Source of the DNA: Octopus sinensis
Taxonomy: Eukaryota
NCBI RefSeq assembly: GCF_006345805.1
Contig: NC_043006.1
Location: 43,338,001-43,402,000 of the forward strand
DNA: 64,000 bases
Direction of reading: 5' to 3'
Positions 26,673-40,630 of the stretch are shown piece after piece (the stretch's first letter is position 1; every line of letters begins with the position of its first letter). Below the pieces are notes generated by a model, which worked only from the letters and a program-made list of their open reading frames with translations, had not been told where the DNA came from and ran no database searches. The translations under genes were made by a program, and so were the position numbers.

Positions 26673-27156
26673 CTTCTTCTTCTTCTTCCAATCAAGATTC
26701 ACGCCATTAGCTACAAAGAATAATCTCTAATTCGAGCCTACTCTAAGCTACTAAGAATGCGTGTGGCAACTTGAAGATCCACCCACCACATGCAATAGAC
26801 TGGCGGTTGCACGGGCGCGAAAGCTACATTGTTATCCGTATTCCGTAAACAGTGGCTTTTAATGGGTGGAGAGCTGAACCATCCTTGGGTACAGAGGATT
26901 CGCAATCTAGACTAGGGTCTGAAAGTTTACCATACCATAGTGGGTTACTCCATGGTTCCTTTGCTTTGTGGCAGAAGTAGGAAGTAAGAATGAGAGAAAG
27001 TTGTGGTGAAAGAGTACAGTGGGGTTCACCCCACTGGAGCCTAATGGAGCTTAGGTGTTTTTGCTCAATAAACACTCACAATGCCCGGTCTGGGAATCGA
27101 AACCGCATTCTTATGACCGCGAGTCCGCTGCCCTAACCACTGGGCCATTGCACCTC
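26673..27156 (-). mobile_element. SINE D variant with a distinct ~300-bp 3' region and a (GAA)n tail
   Basis: A-box tggcccagtgg and B-box ggtttcgattccc; the body diverges from 42937-43245 after ctctttcaccac..ctttctc. Confidence 0.8.
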
Positions 27157-28559
27157 TACTGGTTTCTACTGCTGGATGCTTTTCCTAATGTCAACTACTT
27201 TACACTCAGTGCTAGCATGATTCTTTCATGCCAACTGGCACCAGTGAGGTAACCAGGTAGTTTGCAAGACAAGAAAGAACAAGAGAATTTTATAGAAAAT
27301 TCCTTCCTCGTCACACAATACGATGTAGCTCTAGAATTTTCTACTGTTTGGGGATTAAGCAATTTCTCATCGGTCTCACATACTTAGTCTAAAGATATTT
27401 CCATTGCCAACCCAAGAGTTTTGGGTGGTGGAACTCTGAAAACAAGAGTTTGTTCTTTTTGTTGCTGTTGTTGATTTTTCTTATTTTCCATGTTTTTGCT
27501 TAATCTTTCCACTTCTCCCAGACTTTCAGCTCTAAGGGGTGTTTTACTCCAACCAATGTAGTAACTAAACTTTTTACCATATATCATCATTTGTCTTGGC
27601 ATGTTCTTCTAAGCGTAGTTCCAAAATGGATCTGTGGCTTTCAGGGATCATTAACACTTGCAAGTTTATTTTGAGATTCCTTGACCTCATGTTGCTTCTT
27701 CTTAAGCCTGATTCAACTTCTCAAACTTCAAAGTTACAATTAGCCATGAATCCACATTATGTCTAATGTCTTTATATTGTGATACTTGCATTTCTTTAAC
27801 TATATACTAGGACACAAATGCACAGACAGGGGTATGTAGGAGCTATGTAATTTGAAACGGATTTGTCATTGCCTAATTTACGAATTATGGGAGTTACCTA
27901 CAGTGATCTCAATTCTAGAAGCTTCTAAGAAATTGGATTTATGTCCCTTTTACTAATCCCAATGAGCCATGGAATGTTCTAGAAAGTAATTTAGTCACCA
28001 GGGGGAGCCAACAGTTTCTAGACTCTATATTGAATAGCCACAGAACTTTGATCTTTCTTTGATCACCAGACTTAGTGCGAGACACATTTCTGTGTTGAGA
28101 GCACATAGATTTTGCTACACGAGACCCAAGGAACCAAATGCCTTAAAGGAGCAACCAGGCATCACATAGTTATTAAGTTGCACAACATGTGCACAGCTTG
28201 CTTTTACATGAGAAATAAACCTAAGTGGCATATGAAATTCTCTTGTATATTTTAATTTAACTTCTATGGATGAAACATGACAAGGCAAGATATGTACACA
28301 TTCTTCATTTATGTATTGCTTCAACCGAAGCATGTTATTGGTGAATTCTTACCTGGTTTTGAATTGGTATTAAATTATTTGTGAAGTTCAAGAATGGCTC
28401 TTTCATTTATTCCAATCAAGAATGCATGTAACCTTTCATAACATGAGGATTTTTGCTTCTTAATTAACCTCTTGTTCCAGCAATAACAAGGCCAAGTTAC
28501 AATCTTAACTCTTATTACAGCAGCCAACGTTCAGGTTACAGTGGCAACACTTTGTTACA

Positions 28560-28755
28560 GGTATATCTGACAATTTGGTGGGAGGGGGCATGCGATCAGA
28601 TTGACCCCAGTACACAACAAGTACTTAATTTATTGACCCCAAAAGGATGAAAGACAAAGTTGACCCTGGTGGCATTTGAACTCAGAATGTAAAGACAGAT
28701 GAAATACCACTAAGCATTTCGCCCAACATGCTAATGATTCTGCCAGCTCACTTCA
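28560..28755 (-). mobile_element. SINE B
   Basis: Reverse complement of the family B consensus. Confidence 0.8.
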
Positions 28756-29985
28756 CTTGATGTGTGTAAAATAAAGATGTTTATAAAGTTTATAATATCT
28801 ATACAAATATTAAGTGTAACATTTTGTCATTGAGAAATTTGTCAGTGAGACAGAGCTCAGTCAGTATGCTGCCAGCAGATCATCAGACACCAGCATTTTG
28901 ACCTCACTTCATCTCCTCAGTGATGAACAATCCCTAACATTCTCAAGTAAACTAAAAAATATTTATTCCTATATAGAAATCGGTAAGCAAAGCATTGACT
29001 GATTTGTGTGCAAGCTAGCCAAGCTAGAATTAAATTCATATAAACACTTGAATCAGTATTGGACTAAAATAGTGTTTTCCAACCACTAGTTTTGACAGAA
29101 GTCTTTCCTTGAACAATTGTAGTTCTTTTTATAAGTACTCAAAAAAAAAAATTTCATTTGATAATGCTTGAATAAAACATGTTCTTTGATCAGCAAAGAT
29201 TATGATATTCCAAACATTAGCTGGTGTTGCCTGCAACTGTTGTTTTGTGAGCATGAGAAAAACCCCTCCATCTTGAAAGATGCAGGGATTAGTTTTTTTT
29301 TTTATGCTTGATAAAGGACTGAAGTATAGATGCACCTTCCTTTTTCTTACGACTCTGTCGAGCATACATTTTCTTCACCAGATAATTCATATCATATCAG
29401 TAGCCCTTCTGTTTGATGTGCTGTAAAAATGATTTTTCTATTTTTCAATTTGATCTCTCTGTTCATTCCTTAATTTCTTGAAAAGCATAAGCGTGTGTGT
29501 GTGTGTGTGTGCATGCATGTGTGTTATCTGTTGTTGTTGTTATCATTAATTAAGTTGTTCAAACTGTTCGAAATTGTTATTTCCTGTCAAAAAAATTCAT
29601 TATCTGTTTCTTGTAAAATAAATATAGTAAATATATTCAGCTGTAGAACTAAATTTCTTTTTCTTTCTTTTTTTCTTCTGTTTACTGTCTGTAAAAACAT
29701 GTTTATTTTTGTTCAAATTCTTCATGGGAGAGGGAGGCTGGCACAATCTGATGGCTGGAACCAATAAAAGAGTGAAAGAAATCTGAATATATCTCTCAAT
29801 TAATGATTTCTAATAAGTCACAAGATCACAACCTTGACGCAGGGGACAATGATTTAAGTCAACCTTTAACTGGTTCTTCAGTTTATTAATCTCCCTTAGA
29901 ATGGTGAAGGTTTGAATTGATCCTAGTGGAATTTGAACAAATAAAAATTTGTCCAAATTCCATTGGTCAAAGGTCCTTCCCACTA

Positions 29986-30350
29986 TCTATTATATAAAAT
30001 CCATTCTGTCTGTGTGTGTGTCTGCTAGGATCTCAGGCATCCTCCATCTGATTGCGCTTAAATTTAATATATAGATACCGACGGTATCAGGGCATGTGTA
30101 AGTCTTGAAAAAAATTACAAAAATCGATTCCAGGTGAGAATGCGATCAATAAAGCCATGGGAACGTGCATTTGTACACACAAGTACATCAGCTGTTGCGA
30201 TCGATACTATGCGTACGTGAGAAAAATGCACGTGCAGTTTGCGCAAAAAAAGTAATGCCACAAAATAGGACGGTCAGACAAGTTGTTTTGAGAAAATTTG
30301 GTTTAAATGCTTGACAACTCAGCACCGTCCATTAGATGGGGGGGGGGCGT
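29986..30350 (+). mobile_element. Helitron-like 5' portion; no 3' CTAG end found
   Basis: A|TCTATTATATAAAATCCATTCTGTCTGTGTG start resembles the 5' ends of the other two Helitrons; CpG-rich body. Confidence 0.5.
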
Positions 30351-30399
30351 TTTGCTCGTAGCTTCATAAAGCCAATTTCCTACCTTCTGTAGTGTATAT

Positions 30400-30565
30400 A
30401 TTCTACCCCTGGATAGGATTCCAGTCCATTGCAGGATTACATTTTTGCCAGTTGAGCAACGTGAAATGAAGTATTTTGCTCAAGAACACAATGCATCACC
30501 TGATACAGGAATTGAAACCACAACCTTACGATCATGAGTTCAACACCCTAACCACTAAGCTACAT
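30400..30565 (-). mobile_element. tRNA-headed SINE (another family)
   Basis: Minus strand tagcttagtggttagggtgttgaactcatgatcgtaaggttgtggtttcaattcc; body tcttgagcaaaatacttcatttcac shared with 61140-61400. Confidence 0.7.
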
Positions 30566-30699
30566 CTCTCCTCAATGGAATTTGAACTGAAGCTACATCT
30601 CTCCTCAATGGAATTTGTAGGTACCAAATATTGAAATGGCATTCCGTCTGGCATGCTATCAATTCTGCTATTAACCATTTTATAAGTAATAATAATAAT

Positions 30700-31125
30700 C
30701 CTTTCTACTAAAGCCACAAAGCCTGAGATTTGGGGGAAGGGGACTAGTCGATTGTATTGACCTCAAGGTTTCACTGATACTTAATTTTTTGACCCCAAAA
30801 GGATGACAAGCAAAATAACCTCAGCAGAATTTGAACTCAGAACGTAAAGACAGACGAAATACTGCTAAGCATTTTGCCTGGCATGCTAACGTTTCTGCCA
30901 GCTCACCACCTTCATAATAATAATAATAATAATAATAATCCTTTCTACTAAAGGCACTGGGGCCGATGTAATGGACCCCAGTTTTCTACAAGTACTTATT
31001 TAATTGACCCCAAAAGGATGAAAGGCAGACCTCGGCAGAATTTGAACACAGAATGTAAAGACAGACGAAATACTACTAAGCATTTCACCCAGCATGCTAA
31101 CATTTCTGCCAGCTCACCACCTTTT
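30700..31125 (-). mobile_element. Two tandem SINE B copies
   Basis: Both start gtg(g/a)gctggcagaaa on the minus strand; separated by (AAT)n. Confidence 0.85.
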
Positions 31126-31769
31126 CGGATAGAAAATTCTATCACACCCATTGTATTCTTCTGATGTATCACTTTTTGGGGTCTCTCTCCAACAGTCTGT
31201 GAGGCATATCATTCAACAATGACATAGAACTGAAAAATATGACTTGATGAATTCTTCAAGTCAAGACCCAGTGATTTATACTGTCAAACCATTGACAAAC
31301 CAGTGGAATTCATGAATGATGAAGGAGAATTTATTATTAACTGATTTTTAAAAATTCTTCATGAAAAATAAGGATTAAAATGAATGGAAAAAAAGACAAC
31401 AAATTTATTTCAGAACCCAGTTATAAGGCCATACAGGGAGTATACAGTTGATTAAATTTGCCCCCAGTATATAACTGTACATATTTTATTTCATTAAGAG
31501 GTACCAGTATGGCTGTGTGGTTAAGAAGTTAACTTTGCAACGACATAGTTCCAGGTTCAGTCCTACTGCATGGCACTATTATAGTCCTGAGTAGACCAAT
31601 ATTGAGTGGGTGAATTTGGTAGAAGGAAAATGTGTGGAAGCTCATCATATGTGTGTGTGTGTGTCTTTGGTGTTTGACAAACGAGGTTGATTTGTTCAAC
31701 TAAAGCCTTCCAGGCAGTGCTCCAGCATGACCACAATCCAATGAATGAAACAAGTCAAAAATATAAGAG

Positions 31770-32050
31770 CGAAGGCACATCACCTAGTGGTTAGAGCAGC
31801 GGACTCAAGGTTGAGGGATCATGAGTTCAAATCCCAGGCCGAGCAAAAGCACCTGTGTTCCATGCAGCTCTGGCAGAAGGTAATAGTGAACTTCTGATTG
31901 TTTCGCCACAACTGTCTCTCATTCTTTCATCCTGCATCTAGCAGCTCACCTGCGACAGACCAGCGTTCCATCCAGGTGGGGAACCTATACACCAATGAAA
32001 CCAGGAAACCGGCCCTTATTAGCAAGACATGGCTCAAGAAGGAACAAACA
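31770..32050 (+). mobile_element. tRNA-headed SINE with a (CAA)n tail
   Basis: cacctagtggttagagcagcggac...gagttcaaatccc head; ends gaacaaacaacaacaa. Confidence 0.75.
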
Positions 32051-33029
32051 ACAACAAAAGATATAAGAATCCCAAAATTGAAAACAAGTGAAGTCAGACT
32101 TTGAATAAGGACATAGAAAAAGATCTAATTAAATACTACATGGCATTTTGTCTGCCACACCACTCAAAACTCAGATCCACCTCAAATGTTGGTTACTGAT
32201 TCTAGATCTTTCCACCAAATACTATATGTTGTCTCTCAGATTTTTACGACCAATATATTTATATATATAGCACATTAGATTTATGAATAAATTATGAAAG
32301 CTGCATTTCAGTTGTCCAGTTATGTAACCTAAATAGATCAGCAACAACCCTAGAAATGTCATCAACCTTCTTATAAGTTTAGCAATGATGTTTAGAGATG
32401 CAAATGGACATGAATAGAAATAATGAAGATAGAAGACAAGAAGAATAGCGCCAGTATCGAAATTGTTTCATAATGCTAATAGGGATAACTAGATTATGCT
32501 AAATCCAAAGAAATATTCTGTATAAAAGAACAGCAGTGAGGAACATAACACGGTTAATGATAATAGCAAAACAGCGGTTTACTGGTATAAAATTCATACA
32601 GTATACTACTTACAAAAATATGATTAACACCAAAATATATGGTAATTCTCCCACTGAATATATTGTCCATTATTGTAGTATAAAGAATATAGAGAATGAC
32701 TGTCTGGAAATGGACAGAACATTTCTAGAATGAAAGTTCAAATATGTTCTTCATAAATAATTTTTGTTTATTAGCAATAGTTATAAGCACAGACATGGCC
32801 GTGGGCATAAGTGTGGTTGAATGGATAAGAAGTTTGCTTTCCAGCTACAAGGTTTTTGGTTCGGTCCCACAATGTGGCATCTGGACTAGGGTCTTGTACT
32901 ATATAGCACCGAGCCAAGCTAGCAAGTAAATTTAGTTGGTGGAAATTGTGTGGAAGCTATCATATAGGCGTAGGAGTGGCTGTGTGGTAAGTAGCTTGCT
33001 TACCAACCACATGGTTCCAGGTTCAGTCC

Positions 33030-33217
33030 ACGGACAAGTGAATTTTGGAAGAGGAGCTTTGCAAGTCTACCAGATAGATGGAAGAGCATTGTAGAAGATG
33101 AAGGAGAATATATTTTAGATTAAAAAAGAACTTAAACAGAACTTTGTTTATTTTAATTTTGAAAAATAAAAAAAAGTATTAAAACAAACCACATTATTTA
33201 TGGGATGACGCAATATA
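33030..33217 (+). mobile_element. Mariner 3'-terminal fragment
   Basis: RTSEFWKRSFASLPDRWKSIVEDEGEYILD* followed by a TIR-like cattatttatgggatgacgcaaTA. Confidence 0.75.
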
Positions 33218-33349
33218 TATATATAAACACACACATGTATATATATTGGGTTGGAACAAATGTACATACCAATTTTGAGAGTTAGTGGCATTTCAGCATC
33301 AGATTTTAATTTTGCATGTGACTGCAGCATATGACATATATTTATATAT

Positions 33350-34150
33350 TCTCCTTTACTCGTTTACATGTCTCAGTCATTTGACTGCAGCCATGCTGGA
33401 GCACTGCCTTTAGTCGAAGAAATTGATCCCAGGACTTGTTCTTTGTAAGCCTAGTGCATATTCTATCATTTTTATTTTGGCTGAACCACTTTCAGAGACA
33501 TAAACACACCAACACCAGTTATCAAGCGATGATGGGACAACAAACACAAGCGCAAAAACATGCACACGTAAGTATATACACATATACATACATCTATATA
33601 TACACACACACCACAGGCTTCTTTCAGTTTCAGTCTACCAAATCCATTCACAAAGCTTCTGTCAACTCAAGGCTATAGTAAAAGACACATGCCTAAAGTA
33701 CCATGCTGTGGGACTGAGCCAGGAACCATGTGGTGGGGAAGCAAGCTTCTTACATCACAACCACACCTGTGCCTGTATATATATATCTTTTAGGTTTTAC
33801 TTGTTTCAGCCACTGGACTACATTCCTGCTGCTGCACCATCTTCAAGGGTTTTGTTCAACAAATCAACCCCCAGTATGTATTTGTTATTAAAGTCTGGTA
33901 CTTATTTTATTGGTCTCTTTTTATCGAACTGCTAAGTTATGACTACATAAGCAAATCTATACCGTTTGTCAAGCAGAGATACACACACACACACACACAC
34001 ACATTTACACATATATATTTATACATACATACATGCACACACACACACACACACACACATATGACAGGCTTCCACACAGTCTCCAAATTCACTCCCAAGA
34101 TGTTGATTGAACAGGAACTATAGTAAATGTCACTTGCCCAAGGTGCAGTG
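33350..34150 (-). mobile_element. Two SINE A copies (33350-33780 and a diverged one at 33805-34150)
   Basis: Family A motifs on the minus strand. Confidence 0.8.
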
Positions 34151-34395
34151 ACTTTTATTTCTTTATTGCCCACAGGGAGCTAAACATAAAGGGGGGGGGG
34201 GCAAACAAGGAGAGACAAAGGGATTAAGATGATTACATCGACCCCCCCCCCCATCCCAATGAATAACTGGTACTTATTTATTCGACCCTGAAAGGATGAA
34301 AGGCAAAGTCGACATTGGTAGAATTTGAACTCAGAACATAACAGCAGACGAAATACTGCTAAGCATTTTGTCCGGCATGCTAACGATTCTGCCAT
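34150..34395 (-). mobile_element. SINE B, long-tail type
   Basis: Reverse complement of ...tttagctccctgtgggcaataaagaaat tail type. Confidence 0.8.
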
Positions 34396-34784
34396 CTTGT
34401 CGGCCTATTAGGACTGAACCATGGGACCATGGTTGTGTGGTGATGAAACGAGGCTCTTAATCACATGGCCATGCCTGCATCCATGTCAAACATTTCATTC
34501 AATCCTTCCTATACTATAATCGTATTGCTCTGGAAGTCTCTCTCTTTCCATACTGTTTGCTCTTCACAACTGAATTCTAGAATTTCAAACTAAGCACCAG
34601 CTATGGTAATCGCATTGGATCATCACTGGGAGTCACAGTGGCTGCAGATATTGCCTTTCTTCTTCAAGCAAGCTTATAGCAAACGCACACACACACATAC
34701 ATACACTCACACATACACAATATAAAGAAACACCCACAGAACTATCCATATACACATATACACATATATATATATATATATATA

Positions 34785-34987
34785 CATCGCCATGTTGATT
34801 CGTTAGCTACTGCACGCATTTTTTTCTCTCCTTCTTTCTGTGTTTTCTCTCTCTGTGTATCTTTCTGTTGAAGAGCGTAGGCTCGAAACGTTAAAGACTT
34901 GTTTTATTTATATTTCTGAGTAATACTAACAATTGTTCGTTGTTTCCCACTGCTTCGTCTTTGTTTATTTTCATAAAGCTTCCCGTT
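34785..34987 (+). mobile_element. Short hammerhead-bearing repeat (variant core CUGUUGA)
   Basis: CTTT-CTGTTGA-A-GAGC GTAG GCTC-GAAAC-GTT-AAAG at 34861-34896; flanked by (TA)n. Confidence 0.72.
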
Positions 34988-35624
34988 ATATATACATATA
35001 TATATATATATATAGTATATATGTGTGTGTACATATATGTATATTTGTATGTATGTATATATGTGTGTGTGTATGAATACATATATATGTATAGAAGTAT
35101 ATATATATATATATGTACACATATATATGTATAAATGTGTGTGTGTGTGTTTATGTATGAATAATGTTATGCGTGGGTTTATATACATTAACTTAGTAGT
35201 TTAGGCAACAAACTGCCAAACTAGTGTATATAAAACACATTAATATTCCCAAATGCATCGAGTGCTTTCAATTACCAAGCTTATCAACAAACAACAATGT
35301 ATGTATATAAATACATACATACATGTGTGTGTGTGTGTGTGTATATGTCTATATATATATATATTATTTTATGTTATTCTTTGTAAGCCTGGTACTCATC
35401 CTATAAGTCTGTTTTGCCAAACTGCTAAGTTACAGGGATGTAAACACATCAACATCAGTTGTTAAGGCATTTTTGCAGTTTCTGTCTACCAAATCCACTC
35501 ACAACGCTTTGGTCGGCATGAGGTTATAGTAGAAGACACTTGCCCAAGGTGCCATGCAGTGGGACTGAACCCGGAACCATGTTGTTGGGAAGCAAGCTTC
35601 TTACCTCACAGCCACTTCTGTGCC

Positions 35625-35940
<316 letters not shown>

Positions 35941-36023
35941 ATATATATTATATATATAATATAAACACACATATATATGTATGTATGTATACATGTATAT
36001 ACTTATATATATATATATTATAT

Positions 36024-36061
<38 letters not shown>

Positions 36062-36098
36062 ACACACATATATATGTATGTATGTATACATGTATATA

Positions 36099-36133
<35 letters not shown>

Positions 36134-36168
36134 ACACATATATATGTATGTATGTATACATGTATATA

Positions 36169-36233
<65 letters not shown>

Positions 36234-36639
36234 CTACATATATACATATAGATATATTTAGGTATATATATGTATATATGTATGTGTGCATACATATGTA
36301 TATACATATATATAATATGCACATGTGTGTGTGCTCCTATGTATGCGTGTATGTGATGGGGGTAGGCTCTGAGAGCTTTCATTTGTTCCATTAGTTTAAA
36401 CAAACTTTTACTTTTTCACACATCAACGAAGAAGAAAACCTTCTTGAAGATTGTTAAAGATCGGCGCCACTTGTTGTATTATCGTTGGTGTCGGTTTGTA
36501 GTGAGAAGGAACAACAAAATTTTCTATATATCTCAATAGACCAGAATTTCTCATTCTGATAATGGCTTGTGTTCATCTTAGACTTGCTCGATATCTATCG
36601 CAATTGAACATTGAAACTGTAATAATAAGACAAACAACA

Positions 36640-36704
36640 GCATCAGCATCATCATTATCATTCACATCATCAGTATCAGCAGCTGCTGCTGTTGCTGCTG
36701 CTAC

Positions 36705-36738
<34 letters not shown>

Positions 36739-37000
36739 GCCGCTGCCGCTATTGCTGCTGCAGCTGCGACCAAAGGCGATATTAATTTCTTTTCCTATTG
36801 ATTTTGTTTCTTTTTAGATTCCTGTTCTCTGTGAAGTCTCACACCCTGACTTGGGAAATATATTATGTGAAAAATATCCTTCTAGCCTATAAAGCTTTCG
36901 TTTGGTCATCATCATCACAACCATCATCATTGTCATCATTATCATCATCATCATCATCATTATCATCATCATCACCATCATCAATATCATCATCAATATC

Positions 37001-37049
<49 letters not shown>

Positions 37050-37073
37050 CAATCATCATGGTCGTCGTCGTCG

Positions 37074-37113
<40 letters not shown>

Positions 37114-37440
37114 TATCATCATCATCACAATCTAATTCATTGTTGTCGTCGTCATCATCATCATCACCATCATCAATATCATCACCATCATCATCATCAT
37201 CATCATAATCATCATCATCATCATAATCATCATCACAATCATCATGGTTGTCGTCGTCGTCATCATCATCATCACTATCATCAATATCATCATCAATATC
37301 ATCATCATCATCACCATCATCATCATCACAATCATCATGGTCGTCGTCGTCGTCGTCATCATCATCATCATCATCATCACCTTCATAGCCACTATCATTA
37401 GTCATCAGCACAGTCATCATCTTTATCATTGTCTTCATCA
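36640..37440. repeat. (GCT)n tract followed by a long compound (CAT/CGT)n tract
   Basis: Direct inspection. Confidence 0.9.
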
Positions 37441-37713
37441 TCATTATGAAGTTTGTGTGAATAAATGGGAAAGCCACATGTGTGTATATACATATATACA
37501 TGCATACATACATATGTATATACGCACACACACACATACATAACACATTTATATATACACATAACATATATATATATATATATATACACATGCACACGCG
37601 CACATATCTTCAAGGGGCATTGTGTTCCACTGGGGGTGAAAAGATTAAGTAATTATAGATTCAAACACGTGTGTTTGTCTGTGTGCTAGTATGTGGGACT
37701 GCTATACATACAC

Positions 37714-37758
<45 letters not shown>

Positions 37759-37870
37759 TATATATATAAATATATATATAAATATATATATGTATGTGTG
37801 TGTGTGTGTATACACTCACACACACAGACATGCACACAAACACACACATACATATATCTATCTATTAATG

Positions 37871-37901
<31 letters not shown>

Positions 37902-38561
37902 TCCTAGACATGCACACATATGCATAAGCATACACACTCACACACATGCACAAACACACTCACATGCACATATATACAGACACACATGCAAACACACACA
38001 CACACGCTCATACACATGCAGATGAGCCAATTCAAATAACATACTCAGACATACTTTCGCTCATTATTGGAAATGTATACGTTCACATTAATAACATAAA
38101 CACACACATAAACAGGTTTACATGTACAGACACATGTGTACGCACAGACATTATCGATCAAGGTGTGTGTGTATGTTTGTGTGTGTGTGTGTGTGTGTGT
38201 GAGTGAAGTCTTGTAATGTATGTGTCTGCAGAACTGTTCAGTACAAACTGCAGTAATGACATCCCTAAAGTGGCATTAGAAGTCCTCTTTCCCCAACAAC
38301 CCTACCCACTAAGGAGACACCCAATGCCTACATCAGGATTTCATCATCAGACGGTTGCAATGATCTTCTTGTAATTTATTCCGCATTCAGACAAAGGAAT
38401 GGCTGTGGGGTTAAGAAGCTTGCTTTGCAGCCGTTTGGTTTTAGGTTCGGTCTCATTGCACGGTACCTTGGACAAGCGTCTTCTATTATATTAGCCCCAA
38501 GCTGGCCAATGCCTTGTGAGTGAATCTGGTAGACAGAAACTATGAGGAAGCCTGTTGTATC

Positions 38562-38600
<39 letters not shown>

Positions 38601-38619
38601 CAAAAATTCGAATGGTAAT

Positions 38620-38945
38620 TGTAGTTAAGACACCAGTGCTGGTGACACGTAAAAGCACCGTTCGAACGTAGCAGTTACTAGCGTCACCTGACTGGCGTCC
38701 TTGTCGGTGACATGTAAAAGAACTGACCGATCGTGGCCGTTTGCCAGCCTGCGCTGGCTCCTGTGCCGGTGGCATGTAAAAAACACCCACTACACTCATG
38801 GAGTGGTTGGCGTTAGGAAGGGCATCCAGCTGTAGAAACACTGCCAAATCAGACTGGAGCCTGGTGCAGCCTCCATGGCTTATAAGACCCCGGTCGAACC
38901 GTCCAACCCATGCTAGCATGGAAAATGGACGTTAAATGATGATGC
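38620..38945 (+). mobile_element. Family C repeat
   Basis: Reiterated cacgtaaaagcacc units, ggcgttaggaagggcatccagctgtagaaac core and a gatgat tail. Confidence 0.88.
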
Positions 38946-38984
38946 TGATGATATATATATATATATATATATGTATGTATATAG

Positions 38985-39061
38985 GCTGTGTGGTAAATAG
39001 CTTGCTTACCAACCACGTGGTTCCGGGTTCAGTCCCACTGTGTGGCACTTGTATATATGTG

Positions 39062-39141
<80 letters not shown>

Positions 39142-39390
39142 GTATATATATATATTTATATGTATGTGTGCATGTGTTTGTGTGTCTGTGTTTGTCCTGC
39201 CCCCCCCCCAACATCGCTTGACAACCAGTGCTGGTGTGTTTACATCCCTGTAACTTAGCGGTTCGGCACAAGAGACCGATAGAATAAGTACTAGGCTTAC
39301 AAAGAATAAGTCCTGGGGTCGATATGCTCGACTAAAGGCAGTGCTCCAGCATGGCCACAGTCAAATGACTAAAACAAGTAAAAGAGTAAA
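38985..39390 (+). mobile_element. SINE A with an internal deletion and expanded (TA)n
   Basis: The head is cut at gtggcactt; the 3' half is intact. Confidence 0.85.
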
Positions 39391-39524
39391 GAGTATATAT
39401 GTGTGTATATTCCACCCAACCAGCATGGAAGACTGACATTAAGCAATGATGGCGATAATATGTATAAATATGTATATGTGTATATATGTATGTATGTATA
39501 TATATATGTATATGCATGTATGCA

Positions 39525-39572
<48 letters not shown>

Positions 39573-39612
39573 CAGAGAGAGAGAAAGGTGTATATAGATA
39601 TGTGTACATACA

Positions 39613-40493
39613 TACAGAAGGGGGGATGCCCCAAAATAACCACCCCATTGTAGTTCAGGCTTCTTCCACTAGAGGCCACTTGATATGACCATCTGGCATC
39701 AGTCTGCTGACTGGTGTTGCTCAATGGGATCATACTGCTGCATGGTACGTATTTGGTTTGCAGTGCTTCTCTCCTGTTCATTGATTTTTGCAAAGGATCA
39801 GCATGCTTCCTTAAAATTCTGGTTTTTTTCTGGGGAAAATGGCTGCTGAAACAGTTGTCATGCTTCAAACAGCTTGCAAGGATGCTGCTGTGAGCAAAAT
39901 ACAAGTTTATGAGTGATCTTCATGCTTTAGGAACGGTCGCTTTTTGCTTGCGGACCAACCTTGTTCTGGATGACCGTCAACCTCCTGAACAAATGAAAAA
40001 TTCATGAACTGATTCATGAACTGATCTTGGAGGGCCATCACCAAACAATAAACAAACATGTTGATATGACTGGTGTATCCTGGAGCTCCTGTCAATGAAT
40101 TTTGAACAAGGAATTGCAAATCCAAAGAGTTGAAGCAAAATTTGTGCCTCACTTGCTCACAGAAAATCAAAAGCAGTCATGACCGAATGCATGTCATGAT
40201 CTGAAAGAACAGTTGGAAGTTGATCCAGACCTTGTTTTCAAAGGTCATCTCTGGTGACGAAAGCTGCTGCTATGGAATTTGTAGATGTAGAAGAGGTGAA
40301 AAATGAAATGACAGTGATGTTAAAAGGCATCACTTTGCAAGAGTTCCAGCACTGCTTCAAAACGCACCTTGACCAATGCATTCCTTCAAAAGGGGAATAC
40401 TTTGAAGGTGATAAAAATGTAAACATGTGAAACTAAGAGAATAAAATGTCATTGTAAAATTCTGGGGTTTTTTTTTGGAAGGGGGATTCCCTA
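39613..40493 (+). mobile_element. Internally deleted mariner with both TIRs
   Basis: GKMAAETVVMLQTA...KFVPHLLTENQK...VISGDESCCYG joined directly to FVDVEEVK...KGEYFEGDK; related imperfect G/C-rich ends next to TA. Confidence 0.85.
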
Positions 40494-40577
40494 TATATGT
40501 ATGTATAGATAGATATATAAAGAGATACATACATACATGCATACATATCTATATCTATATTAATATATGTGTATTTA

Positions 40578-40629
<52 letters not shown>

Positions 40630-40630
<1 letters not shown>

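Noticed and set aside
29300-29420. Candidate minus-strand exon with tttttacag acceptor (also the plus-strand acceptor at ~31195)
   Set aside because: All three frames hit stops within a few codons.
30557-30617. 28-bp direct repeat (period 33), and three caagctactta reiterations at 46716-46790
   Set aside because: Local slippage or template-jump products at SINE 5' ends; no further structure.
36562-36801. 79-aa poly-Ala ORF as a transcription-factor exon
   Set aside because: No domain similarity that I recognise; length is explained by stop-free GCT repeats.
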